Of a stretch of 64,000 nucleotides of DNA, positions 1 to 8,600 are shown piece after piece. How positions within the stretch are numbered: position 1 is the stretch's first letter; the number at the start of each line of letters is the position of its first letter. A program made the position numbers and the translations under genes. This stretch comes from Fermentimonas sp. (GTDB lineage Bacteria; Bacteroidota; Bacteroidia; Bacteroidales; Dysgonomonadaceae), in contig JBMNIR010000005.1 in assembly GCA_050951125.1 (NCBI GenBank), positions 4,912-68,911 of the forward strand. Direction: 5' to 3'. The notes beneath the pieces were generated by a model. The model saw only the letters and a program-made list of their open reading frames with translations. It did no database searches and was not told the DNA's origin.

Positions 1-961
1 ATACCCGTGAGGTCATACTTGTTGATGACTTCTTGTTGCGCTTCAGGCGTGCCGCTCATGCACAGGTAAACGAACGTGATGGGTTTCCCCTCGAAATAGT
101 CCTGAAGCTTCTTGCTGTAAGGTATTTCCCTAACACAGCCGTTACACCACGGCGCCCAAACATCCACGTACGGCACTTGCCCGGGATTGGAGTCGACAAT
201 GTGCTTCATCACGTTGGCAGAATCGGTTATCAGCGAACCGCTTCCATGCAGCTCAACGCTTTTTTTCCTAAAACCGCATCGGAGTATACGAGCGGATTGG
301 TGTTATAGGCTTTTACCTGATTGTACCGGTTATTAAGCGTGGTTCGCAGAAATGGGTCGTAATCGTTTTATTTATCATCGCTCGATTACTGTCAATCCAA
401 TCGCTCCTGTTCGCTTTGAGATAGACGCTATTTACAAAGTTGGCAACAGCAAATTGCGACAAATAGTCGTTTGTTGAATTCGATCTTAATTATTCCAACT
501 CCTCATCTCTATCTATCAACATTTTTTCTCTATTTTCAGGTATTTCTCTTCAGGAAGCTGCTTTTTCGCCCAGGTGTATCAAACGTTTTTGACGTGTTGT
601 GCTTACGCTGAAACGCGGCGAGTTTATACAACGTCTCTTCGTACTACTTTTTCGCGGCTGCCTTAAACTCCATATACGACAGTTCATACGGTTGCAAGTA
701 TCGCCCCAGGTATTTGTTTCGGAAGGCGCTGATCTGCTTGTTCAACTCGGCGCATGTTCCCCCGAAATCGAGCAGTTTAATCTCTAACCACCTAACGTGT
801 GGGTAGACGTCGCGATTGCTTATCTTCCCGGTTATAATCGCTTTTTCTCCCTGATCAAATTCCTCCCCTGCAAACATGGGAGGCGTATTGACCTGTTTCC
901 GGTCGCATTCGGTAATCGCTACGGCAACTAACAAAATGATTAGTAATGTTTTTGGCTTCAT
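1..961 (-). pseudogene. Decayed TlpA-like thiol-disulfide oxidoreductase (thioredoxin-fold) gene that runs off the left edge
   Basis: The N-terminal fragment is ORF 644-961 (signal peptide MKPKTLLIILLVAVAI), which resembles the N-terminus of the intact neighbour 986-3061. My minus-strand translation of 1-302 gives ...SLITDSANVMKHIVDSNPGQVPYVDVWAPWCNGCVREIPYSKKLQDYFEGKPITFVYL, with a thioredoxin WCxxC motif. Between the two fragments the frame is broken by an in-frame TAG (644-646), further stops and at least three frame changes, one of them at the T7 run 260-266. Confidence 0.6.
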
Positions 962-985
962 CGTTTCCAGATTGTTTGCTCATCA

Positions 986-3061
986 TCATTTATTTAACGC
1001 TTTATTTAATTCGCGTTTCATGGTATCTGCGCCGGGGAAACCCGCGGTGTAGTAAGTTTGATTACCGTCTCTGTCTAAAATCAAGTAGGTAGGAACACCC
1101 CTCACGTTAAGGCTTTTACTCAGGTAATCCCATTGCTCTTTATTCAAACGATAGTGTGACCCGGGAATATCCGCGATCATGTTTTTCCACGTGTTCTCGG
1201 GCGAATCCTCTCCCGCGAGGTACAAAAACACCACGTCCTTATCGGCAAACTGCGCTTTTACCGGTTCCATGAGCGGGTGTGCCGCCCGACAAGGACCACA
1301 CCAAGTAGCCCATATATCTACCAGTATCACTTTCCCCTTGAAAGGCTTTATCAAGTCCAAGAACAGCTGTTCATCCACATTGGAAGGGGGTGCGAAAACG
1401 GTATAACCTGTTTTCCTCTTATTCTCCTCTATTTTTGCCAGCATATCATCGTTTTCTTTCAAGAGCACTTCCTGAATAAACGGGGAGAGCGTGGCGAGTT
1501 CTTCTTTTTGCTTATCGGTAAGCGGGTTAAAGTCTTTCAAACCACTTGATATTTTCATCGATTTAACCAAATTCAGCAAAAAAGCATCTTCGGTATCCCA
1601 TATTTTGGAAAGAAAGCCCACCCCTGTTTTGTCTTGCATGTATTGTGCCGACAGCTCTTTGTATTTGCCAAGTATGTTATTAATCGTAGCAATTTCTTTA
1701 AACTCCTCCTGCTTTTCTCGTGCCGAGATAAAGGCTTTCAGGAGCTCTTGCTCTTCCGACGAGACGTTTTCGTGTGTGGCTAAATAACGTGGAATTTCGA
1801 GCGGATCACGGGAATCCCCCCTGCAATACCCGAACCATTCAACATGATTCCCCAAGTTGGAAGCAAGCATGATATCAGGATCATCGTGAGGGATAAGTTG
1901 GCAATAGTCGGAAAAACCAGCGGGTAGCACGGGTGGTTTAAACGTCTTCATGGCTTCCTGGTACGAGAGGCCCTCTTTCTTCATATGCGCCTGTATTAAG
2001 TAGGACTCCATCCTCTCCATATTACCGTAGAGTGTAAATGCCAATTCGGCTTTCAACAATTTCTTTGCCAATGGTTGAATGTCGAGATCTTCGACGCGTT
2101 TTGTCGAGTTATTGAACTCCTTTAGCAAAAACGATTTATACTCGTTGGCATTCATCCCCGCAACAGAATCGGTTAACTCAAAAGGTGGCCTGAAGTCGGA
2201 ATCAAGAACGCTATTCAAATCGGTATTCAAACCGGCAAAATAGCCCGCGAAGTAGGCTTCATTCCCATACGATGATGCATCTTTCAACAATCGTGAACCG
2301 GAACGGTAAATCTCGGGGAAGTTTACCCATACTTTTGATTCCTGGTCAGGTGCCACCCGTATAGGGATGCTGAAAAATCTTCTGTCTGTCAGGAAAATCT
2401 GCGTTGGGCTATACACCGTTATAGACGATGAAAATGAACCGTCAGGATGAATCGTCAACGGACTGCTTGTTTCAGTACCCGTTATCGGGTTCAGGTAATA
2501 TAACCTGTATTTTTCGTGGGTGGGAACATACCCCATTATTTTACCGCTTACATGTGCTTCCCCTTTTTGTAGTTGTGTTTGGAAAGCGGTTTCAATGGGA
2601 TATTCTCGTGTGAACTCTTCCGGGATATCGGGAAGGGGTACCCGTTGGTCTGCCAGATGAATGCCGTATATTTTGAAACAGTCATCGCAATCGCTCTCTA
2701 TAAAATCGAACTTGGCTGTTTCAATCGGCAGTGGTTCAAATACCAGCTTGAACTCGGCTTCACCCGACTTGGGCATCCAGAACAACGAGTCAAGGTCAAT
2801 GCCTTCGCCACCGCGAATCATGTACTTTTGACCATCAGCCAGCAGATAGCTGTCCGACACAACTTTAATCCAATTACCAGGACGGTAATAGGCATCGATA
2901 TCCAGCACGGTCTCCGTGTCCGATAACGTCACCTTGGCGATTTCCAACGCACGGGTATTGGCAAACACTGCGTGTGGTTGCTCGATTATTTTTTCTTGTT
3001 GTGCTTGTGCCGATATCGCCACGGCAACCAGCAAAATGGCAAGGAATGTTTTTGGTCTCAT
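986..3061 (-). CDS. Secreted thioredoxin-fold (TlpA-like) thiol-disulfide oxidoreductase with a long N-terminal extension
   Basis: 691-aa ORF with signal peptide MRPKTFLAILLVAVAISAQA. The C-terminal thioredoxin domain carries the active-site motif VDIWATWCGPCRAAHP. Confidence 0.85.
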   Translation of the reverse strand: MRPKTFLAILLVAVAISAQAQQEKIIEQPHAVFANTRALEIAKVTLSDTETVLDIDAYYRPGNWIKVVSDSYLLADGQKYMIRGGEGIDLDSLFWMPKSGEAEFKLVFEPLPIETAKFDFIESDCDDCFKIYGIHLADQRVPLPDIPEEFTREYPIETAFQTQLQKGEAHVSGKIMGYVPTHEKYRLYYLNPITGTETSSPLTIHPDGSFSSSITVYSPTQIFLTDRRFFSIPIRVAPDQESKVWVNFPEIYRSGSRLLKDASSYGNEAYFAGYFAGLNTDLNSVLDSDFRPPFELTDSVAGMNANEYKSFLLKEFNNSTKRVEDLDIQPLAKKLLKAELAFTLYGNMERMESYLIQAHMKKEGLSYQEAMKTFKPPVLPAGFSDYCQLIPHDDPDIMLASNLGNHVEWFGYCRGDSRDPLEIPRYLATHENVSSEEQELLKAFISAREKQEEFKEIATINNILGKYKELSAQYMQDKTGVGFLSKIWDTEDAFLLNLVKSMKISSGLKDFNPLTDKQKEELATLSPFIQEVLLKENDDMLAKIEENKRKTGYTVFAPPSNVDEQLFLDLIKPFKGKVILVDIWATWCGPCRAAHPLMEPVKAQFADKDVVFLYLAGEDSPENTWKNMIADIPGSHYRLNKEQWDYLSKSLNVRGVPTYLILDRDGNQTYYTAGFPGADTMKRELNKALNK

Positions 3062-3110
3062 ATGGTAGTTTTAGAACATATTCTCAGTTAATGATTAACG
3101 TGTGGCGTTG

Positions 3111-3118
3111 CAAATGTA
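3111..3118 (-). promoter_or_regulatory. Candidate Bacteroidota -7 promoter box for gene 986-3061
   Basis: The minus strand reads TACATTTG, matching the TAnnTTTG consensus, about 50 nt upstream of the ATG at 3061. Confidence 0.35.
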
Positions 3119-3222
3119 AACACTTTTTCCATGAGATTTGGTCATTAATGTAGTATATTGTTGTAGTTAGATTAAAGCCAATGGGGAGTGGGGTGTAGGT
3201 TTGGCTTGACCTTTTTTTTGCA

Positions 3223-3933
3223 TTAAAATTTGGCTTCCAACGAAATATAAATATTTCTATTTCGCCTCTGATCATTTTTATCTCGCCGGATATTGATGAT
3301 GCTTATGTCGCAGCCTAATTTTACCTCAAATGGGTTCACTTCGTAACCGATTGCCACACCCCCGCCAAAATCGAAAGGGGAATACTTATCAAATATGTAA
3401 ATATTTTGGTACTCATTTTCTGCGGTTCTTTTTATTTCGATTACCGACTCCTCTGCTTCTTGTCTTGCGAAATCCGATATCTCTCCCGACAAAATGAATT
3501 TGTCTTTAACAAGATACCTGCTTGACAAACCGTATGCAAGGTAAGGCCCAGCAGAGAAACTTATCCGCGAATCAGCCGCTATTGCTGCTTTATAAACCAG
3601 ATGGAGCGGTAACTCAAGGTATCCCAACTTGGGGATTATGAATAATGTATAATCAATTTTTCCGTTGGGATTAAGTGACTCCTCTTTGTGAATATACATT
3701 TTGGTACCTTTTTCACTGTAAAGAAAGGCAGTTTGTATGCCCATGTTGGGCGAGTACATGTATTCTGCAGTTATTCCTCCTTGTAATCCGAGTTTGTTTG
3801 TTTTATCTATGTAATTGTCCATCAAAAAGTTGGAGATATTGCCTCCCGCCCTGAAGCCTACTTTCAATTGCGCGTTGGCGGCAACTGCCGTAACGAAACA
3901 AAGAATCGCGATAATTAATTTTGTCGTTTTCAT
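3223..3933 (-). CDS. Small outer-membrane beta-barrel protein (porin-family OMP)
   Basis: 236-aa ORF with signal peptide MKTTKLIIAILCFVTAVAANAQ. It shows an alternating beta-strand pattern and ends in a C-terminal Phe. Confidence 0.7.
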   Translation of the reverse strand: MKTTKLIIAILCFVTAVAANAQLKVGFRAGGNISNFLMDNYIDKTNKLGLQGGITAEYMYSPNMGIQTAFLYSEKGTKMYIHKEESLNPNGKIDYTLFIIPKLGYLELPLHLVYKAAIAADSRISFSAGPYLAYGLSSRYLVKDKFILSGEISDFARQEAEESVIEIKRTAENEYQNIYIFDKYSPFDFGGGVAIGYEVNPFEVKLGCDISIINIRRDKNDQRRNRNIYISLEAKF

Positions 3934-4028
3934 TTTTTAAAATGTTTAAATTCATTGCTATTATGCGGTTCTAGCTTGTGACTTATTGGCACGTGAAGGG
4001 ATTAGCTTGAGAGCAACGTTTGTACTTT

Positions 4029-4604
4029 TTAAAACCTGTATCCTACGGATAGATAGGAACTCAGGTTTTTACAAGTTTCTGTAAAGCTCAGAAAACCCAT
4101 ATCTACTCCCAAATCCAATAGGAAGTGAGCGAACTCTGCTCCTACACCCATTCCGGCTCCTGCATCGAATCTCTGGTAATGCAAGTCTTCAAAAAGATTA
4201 GTAGTAGACTCCATGTATTGCTCTTTTCCGATAATGCCGTAGGCTATATAAGGACCGGCATGAAAAACAATTTTTGTAGCCGGTGTAATATCCACTTTAT
4301 ATCCTGCATGGACCGGTAATTGCAGGTATATCATGGTATAAGTTTTCCATCCATTGATACGTTTTGTTTTCGTCCCTTTGGAGTGCAGCATCAGTCCCGA
4401 TTGCAGGCAAAAATTGTTCGCAAAATTATATTCACTTGCAACTCCCGCGTTAAACCCGATTTTGGGAGTCAAATCTTCCGTATCTTCACCATAGAAATTC
4501 GTCAGGTTTACACCGCCTTTCCCGGCAAAAGAAATTTGTGCCGTTGCCGGTACAGCCATACATGCAACTACTGTAATCAGAAATAATAGTTTTAATTTTT
4601 TCAT
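4029..4604 (-). CDS. Small outer-membrane beta-barrel protein, tandem paralog 1
   Basis: 191-aa ORF with signal peptide MKKLKLLFLITVVACMAVPATAQ and C-terminal ...YLSVGYRF. It is roughly 70 percent identical by eye to the next gene. Confidence 0.75.
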   Translation of the reverse strand: MKKLKLLFLITVVACMAVPATAQISFAGKGGVNLTNFYGEDTEDLTPKIGFNAGVASEYNFANNFCLQSGLMLHSKGTKTKRINGWKTYTMIYLQLPVHAGYKVDITPATKIVFHAGPYIAYGIIGKEQYMESTTNLFEDLHYQRFDAGAGMGVGAEFAHFLLDLGVDMGFLSFTETCKNLSSYLSVGYRF

Positions 4605-4709
4605 TGTTTATAATTTTTATTAGTTAGGTTATCCATTGCCACCGCACAATTTTATCGCGTGGTTGATTACCTCGCGAAGGGATTAGCTTGAGAGCAACGT
4701 TTGTGCTTT

Positions 4710-5288
4710 TTAAAACCTATATCCTACGGATAGATAAGAACTTATTTGTTTAAAAGTTTCATCAACAATCAAAAAGCCCATATCAACTCCCAAATCCAAC
4801 AAGAAGTTACCATATTCCGCTCCTACACCTATTCCGGCTCCTACATCGAATCTTTGGTAGTGTAAGTCATTAAAAAGATGATATAGAAGTTCACCGTCTC
4901 TTTTCCATTTTCCGTCGATGCCGTAGGCTATATATGGACCGGCATGAAAAACAATTTTTGTTGTTGGCGCAACATCTACTTTATACCCTGCATGAATTGG
5001 TAATTGCAGATATATAAAATTATAGGTATCACATCCGGAATCAAACTTTATTTTATCTCCCTTTGAGTGCACCATCAGCCCCGATTGCAGGCAAAAATTG
5101 TTCGCAAAACCGTATTCACCCATTATTCCCGCGTTAAACCCGAATTTGGGCGAAAAAGAGTCAGAATATTTACCGTACATATTCGTCAGGTTTACACCGC
5201 CTTTTACGGCAAAAGAGACTTGCGCCGTTGCCGGCACAACCACACATACAACTCCTGTAATTAGAAATAATAGTTTTAATTTTTTCAT
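4710..5288 (-). CDS. Small outer-membrane beta-barrel protein, tandem paralog 2
   Basis: ORF 4710-5315. I prefer the internal ATG at 5288 (MKKLKLLFLITGVVCVVVPATAQ), which aligns with the paralog start. The C-terminus YLSVGYRF is the same. Confidence 0.75.
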   Translation of the reverse strand: MKKLKLLFLITGVVCVVVPATAQVSFAVKGGVNLTNMYGKYSDSFSPKFGFNAGIMGEYGFANNFCLQSGLMVHSKGDKIKFDSGCDTYNFIYLQLPIHAGYKVDVAPTTKIVFHAGPYIAYGIDGKWKRDGELLYHLFNDLHYQRFDVGAGIGVGAEYGNFLLDLGVDMGFLIVDETFKQISSYLSVGYRF

Positions 5289-5418
5289 TGCTTTTAATTG
5301 TTTATAAATTGTCAATTAGTTAATTCGTTAAATTGTTTATTTGTTAGACCTAACCTCTATCCGTCTGTTGGCGAAAAATGAAAAAGTCTGTTTTATCAGT
5401 AAGCAGGGAAGCGGGTTA

Positions 5419-5458
5419 CGTGTTTCGTGGTGCGTGTTTCGTGGTGTGATTTCGTTGT
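5419..5458 (+). repeat. Short tandem repeat, cgtgtttcgtggtg x2 plus a degenerate third unit
   Basis: Direct reading gives 5419-5432 and 5433-5446 identical, with 5447-5458 degenerate. The repeat is intergenic. Confidence 0.6.
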
Positions 5459-5512
5459 TCCACACTCTCCACTCTGCGCTCTTTAGAACTACATATCAAA
5501 TATTACTTCCAT

Positions 5513-5547
5513 ACTCCGCAAGGCGGTTTTGTACCGCCTTGCGGAGT
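5513..5547. terminator. Perfect 14-bp stem / 7-nt loop hairpin, likely terminator of the LRR gene
   Basis: actccgcaaggcgg-ttttgta-ccgccttgcggagt lies 12 nt beyond the stop of the minus-strand gene 5559-6434. There is no strong U-tract. Confidence 0.5.
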
Positions 5548-5558
5548 AGTTGATTTAA

Positions 5559-6434
5559 TTACTGCCCGTTGTAGGGCTGTCCGTCAGAATTCAACACCTT
5601 CCAGTTTTTATTTTTAGCGATGTAAACCTGTGCAGGGTTGCATGCGTTGCCTTCACCGTAGCCGGTTTTAATTACATAAAAACTCCCTTTAGTACTTGCC
5701 GTGCGGTCAGGCAAGCTGTTTACCAATGCGTCCATCTTGCTGTCGTATATGTTATTGTTGTAGCAATACAGATACTCTAACTTGGTATTTTTGCTTACGT
5801 TAAGTTCGGTAAGTTGGTTGTCGTTGCAGTGCAGCCACTTCAACGCACTGTTTTTGCTAACGTTAAGTTCGGTAAGATGGTTTATACTGCAGACCAGAAC
5901 CGACAAATTGGTATTTTTGCTAAGGTTAAGATTAGTAAGTTGGTTGCCGGTGCAGTTCAGCCACTTCAACGCACTGTTTTTGCTTACATCAAGCGCTTTA
6001 AGTTGGTTGTAGTAGCATTCCAAATTTGTCAACGCACTGTTTTTGCTTACGTCAAGTGCAGTAAGCCGGTTTTGTTCGCACTCCAATATAATCAACGCAC
6101 TGTTTTTGCTTACGTCAAGTGCGGTAAGTTGGTTACCGGAGCAGTCCAACTCTGTTACTTTACCGTAAATGGTTACGGTTTTCGAACTAAAGGAGTAACC
6201 ATATTTGTTATGAAACGAGGAAATTACTTCGTTGTTCTCTTTTATTCCGTTGTTGTTAAGGTCTATCCATACTTCCGATTCGGCATCAATAATATCAAGT
6301 TCTATATAACCTAAATTATTGGTGAGGGTCATCTGCGGCTCAGTAATTTCGATATCATCTTTTTTACAGGCGGTAAAGCCCGCGGCAATTAAAGCTGCTA
6401 AGCTCCAGGTTGCGATTTTTAGTGTTGTTTTCAT
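5559..6434 (-). CDS. Leucine-rich-repeat (BspA-like) surface lipoprotein
   Basis: 291-aa ORF with lipoprotein signal ...LIAAGFTAC. It has about seven 22-aa repeats of the type LTALDVSKNSALxxLxCxxNQ. Confidence 0.8.
   Translation of the reverse strand: MKTTLKIATWSLAALIAAGFTACKKDDIEITEPQMTLTNNLGYIELDIIDAESEVWIDLNNNGIKENNEVISSFHNKYGYSFSSKTVTIYGKVTELDCSGNQLTALDVSKNSALIILECEQNRLTALDVSKNSALTNLECYYNQLKALDVSKNSALKWLNCTGNQLTNLNLSKNTNLSVLVCSINHLTELNVSKNSALKWLHCNDNQLTELNVSKNTKLEYLYCYNNNIYDSKMDALVNSLPDRTASTKGSFYVIKTGYGEGNACNPAQVYIAKNKNWKVLNSDGQPYNGQ
5751..6158 (-). repeat. Tandem 66-bp coding repeats (LRR units)
   Basis: Blocks such as caacgcactgtttttgcttacgtcaagtgc recur every 66 bp. This also explains the long spurious plus-strand ORFs 5782-6012 and 5814-6314. 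Confidence 0.8.
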
Positions 6435-6610
6435 CTGTTTATAATTGTTTGTTTGTTAAGTCCTTCTCAAATCCTCCAAAGGGGGAAGTGGGATACGGGG
6501 TTTCCGGAACTCTTTTCGTTTTGTAAACACCGGACGAACTTTTCAGGGCTTATCCTGTCCGCCCGGTGTTACCATCAAACTACGAGAAAATATAAATTAC
6601 AACTCCCGAT

Positions 6611-7993
6611 TTACTCGGGGCAAATCACCTTCATCTCGGTGCGGCGGTTGAGTTGATGCTCGGCTTCGGAGCAATTCACGCCGTCGGCACAATGGTTGAG
6701 CAAACGTGTTTCACCGTATCCTACCGAGATTACGCGTGAGGGATCGATTCCTCGTGAAATGACGTATTGGCGGGCCGAATTGGCACGGTTTTGTGAAAGC
6801 CGCTCGTTGTACTCGTGCGATGCCCGCGAGTCGGTATGCGACGAAAGCTCTACCCGCACTTCAGGATTATCACGCAGGAACTGCACCAAGCGGTCGAGTT
6901 CGGGACGGGCATCGGGGCGAATGTCGTACTTATCCAGGTCGTAGTGGATGTTTTCCAAACGCACGCTCTCGTCGCAATCCACGCGCTCCATGCATATTTC
7001 AAGACGTACATCGCGGTAGCGTTTGAAATCTGCCGGACCCAACGTTACCACTTGCGAGAAATAGTTGGATTTTTTACCGTAAATAGTAATTTCGGAAGCG
7101 GGGGTAACGGTAAAGGAAAACTGGCCTTTATTGTCGGAAAGCAACCGCCGTTCCTGTCCGTTTTTCTTTTCAGTGACGATAATGTTTACTCCCTCTATGG
7201 GCGTCGAGGTTTTGCAGATCACCACCACGCCGTTTATAACCAGGGCTTGGGGCGCTTCAGGTGCTATGGGCGCTTTGGGCGCCATGGGCAAAGGTGAAAG
7301 GCGGAACGTTACGCCGGCAAACGCACCGATGGAGGAGATAGCGGTTTTGATTTCATCTGCATTATTTATTGGTGCGTATGGCACGTCAAAATGGTGCATA
7401 TAGTAGGCACCGGTATGAAATCCGAGCCACGTGTTAACGAAATAGGTAAACCGAGCTTGTGCTTTGATGCTGAAAACGTTTTTTGCATTAAATGCATTTA
7501 ATAGGTGGACGTCTTCCCCCGATATATAGCCCAAACCGGCGCAGGTGTTCAGTTCTGCCGAGAAATTCGCCAATGGATTGAGGTAGCGGAAGTCGGGACC
7601 CGCTCCCACGAATATACGGGTTGTGGGCATGTCGTCGTATCTGTTTCCCTCAGCTAAAGACATTTTTTTGTTGTACGGATGCACGAGTGTATTGCGGATA
7701 TAATCAGCACATACGCCCACGCCTATCCACTCCCAGTAGTAGTCGGCAGAGAGCCCGCCCATAACGCCGCCTTTGCTTTTTAACTTCGAATCCTTATAGT
7801 ACTCTTCCAGTGTTGGAAAATTGGGAATGTCGTACCCGCCCCTGAGCGAGAATTGAAACCCGTTTCGCAAATCGGGCGTGATTCCCGAAACACTTGCTGC
7901 CGACAACTGTTCAGTCGGCTGTTGCGCTTGTACGGTTACTGTTACCGTCAGCGCGAGAATTAAAATGATTGATACTATTTTCATTGTTTTCAT
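6611..7993 (-). CDS. OmpA-family outer-membrane protein (N-terminal barrel, Pro-rich linker, C-terminal OmpA peptidoglycan-binding domain)
   Basis: 460-aa ORF with a signal peptide. The C-terminal segment NIHYDLDKYDIRPDARPELDRLVQFLRDNPEVRVELSSHTDSRASHEYNERLSQNRANSARQYV is a typical OmpA/MotB domain. Confidence 0.85.
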   Translation of the reverse strand: MKTMKIVSIILILALTVTVTVQAQQPTEQLSAASVSGITPDLRNGFQFSLRGGYDIPNFPTLEEYYKDSKLKSKGGVMGGLSADYYWEWIGVGVCADYIRNTLVHPYNKKMSLAEGNRYDDMPTTRIFVGAGPDFRYLNPLANFSAELNTCAGLGYISGEDVHLLNAFNAKNVFSIKAQARFTYFVNTWLGFHTGAYYMHHFDVPYAPINNADEIKTAISSIGAFAGVTFRLSPLPMAPKAPIAPEAPQALVINGVVVICKTSTPIEGVNIIVTEKKNGQERRLLSDNKGQFSFTVTPASEITIYGKKSNYFSQVVTLGPADFKRYRDVRLEICMERVDCDESVRLENIHYDLDKYDIRPDARPELDRLVQFLRDNPEVRVELSSHTDSRASHEYNERLSQNRANSARQYVISRGIDPSRVISVGYGETRLLNHCADGVNCSEAEHQLNRRTEMKVICPE

Positions 7994-8546
7994 TTATTAG
8001 AAAATTACATGGTGAAATGGTTAATTAATTATGAAAATGACCCATCAGGGCATTCAATTCTCGTCAAAACGAGTGAACAAGTACGAGCGGCTACGTCTTT
8101 AAAGTCGTGGGACTATTTGATGCTTTTACAGACTTTTAGCCAAAATTTATCGCATTAAACTTGGGCTAAAGCAGGTAGATTCAACTGGCAATTACAATTT
8201 TTTTTGAATGCGAATTTATAAAAAAAATTTGAACGATTTTTGATAATTGAGATTTTTTTTGCTGTTATTTTCTTCGCTTTGTATCTTCTTGATAATCTTT
8301 ATTTTACGCTTTGTTATCGATTCATTTTTTCGGGATGTTATTTCTAACTTATTTGTTCATGTTTTCAACTTGTCCTTTTTGTTCATTTTTTATTATTTCA
8401 ATAAGGTTTTCACGATTACTTCGCGATTCCCAAGAGTCTGGTTTACCCACGAAATAGGTTACACATGGCGTTTGAAAAAGTATGTAAAAAACAGGCAGCA
8501 CACTTGCTCGCTATCATGGCGTACCTACTAAGTAGCTTATTTTTTA

Positions 8547-8554
8547 TATCTTTG
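8547..8554 (+). promoter_or_regulatory. Candidate -7 promoter box for rtcB
   Basis: TATCTTTG matches TAnnTTTG and lies 47 nt upstream of the ATG at 8601. Confidence 0.35.
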
Positions 8555-8600
8555 TGAAAGTGGCACGTGATACACCGAAATACTAAGATATAAGAATCGC

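Larger units (their letters stand above)
3992..5330. repeat. Tandem segmental duplication (period 681 bp) that carries the two OMP paralogs and their flanks
   Basis: cgtgaagggattagcttgagagcaacgtttgtactttttaaaacc at 3992 recurs at 4673 with 2 mismatches. The 5-prime ends (...cagaaataatagttttaattttttcat) are also nearly identical. Confidence 0.8.

Noticed and set aside
5751-6158. Regular 66-bp repeats that might have been a CRISPR-like array.
   Set aside because: The repeats are contiguous with no unique spacers, they are in frame, and they encode leucine-rich repeats of a lipoprotein.
8247-8531. A 94-aa plus-strand ORF in the gap upstream of rtcB.
   Set aside because: It has a non-ATG start and extreme Phe/Leu/Ile content that follows the T-runs. 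It looks like an AT-rich spacer rather than a gene.
8561-8576. A possible sigma-54 promoter (TGGCACGTGATACACC) in front of rtcB.
   Set aside because: Only the -24 TGGCAC half matches. The -12 position reads ACAC instead of TTGC, so this is not a credible sigma-54 site on sequence alone.
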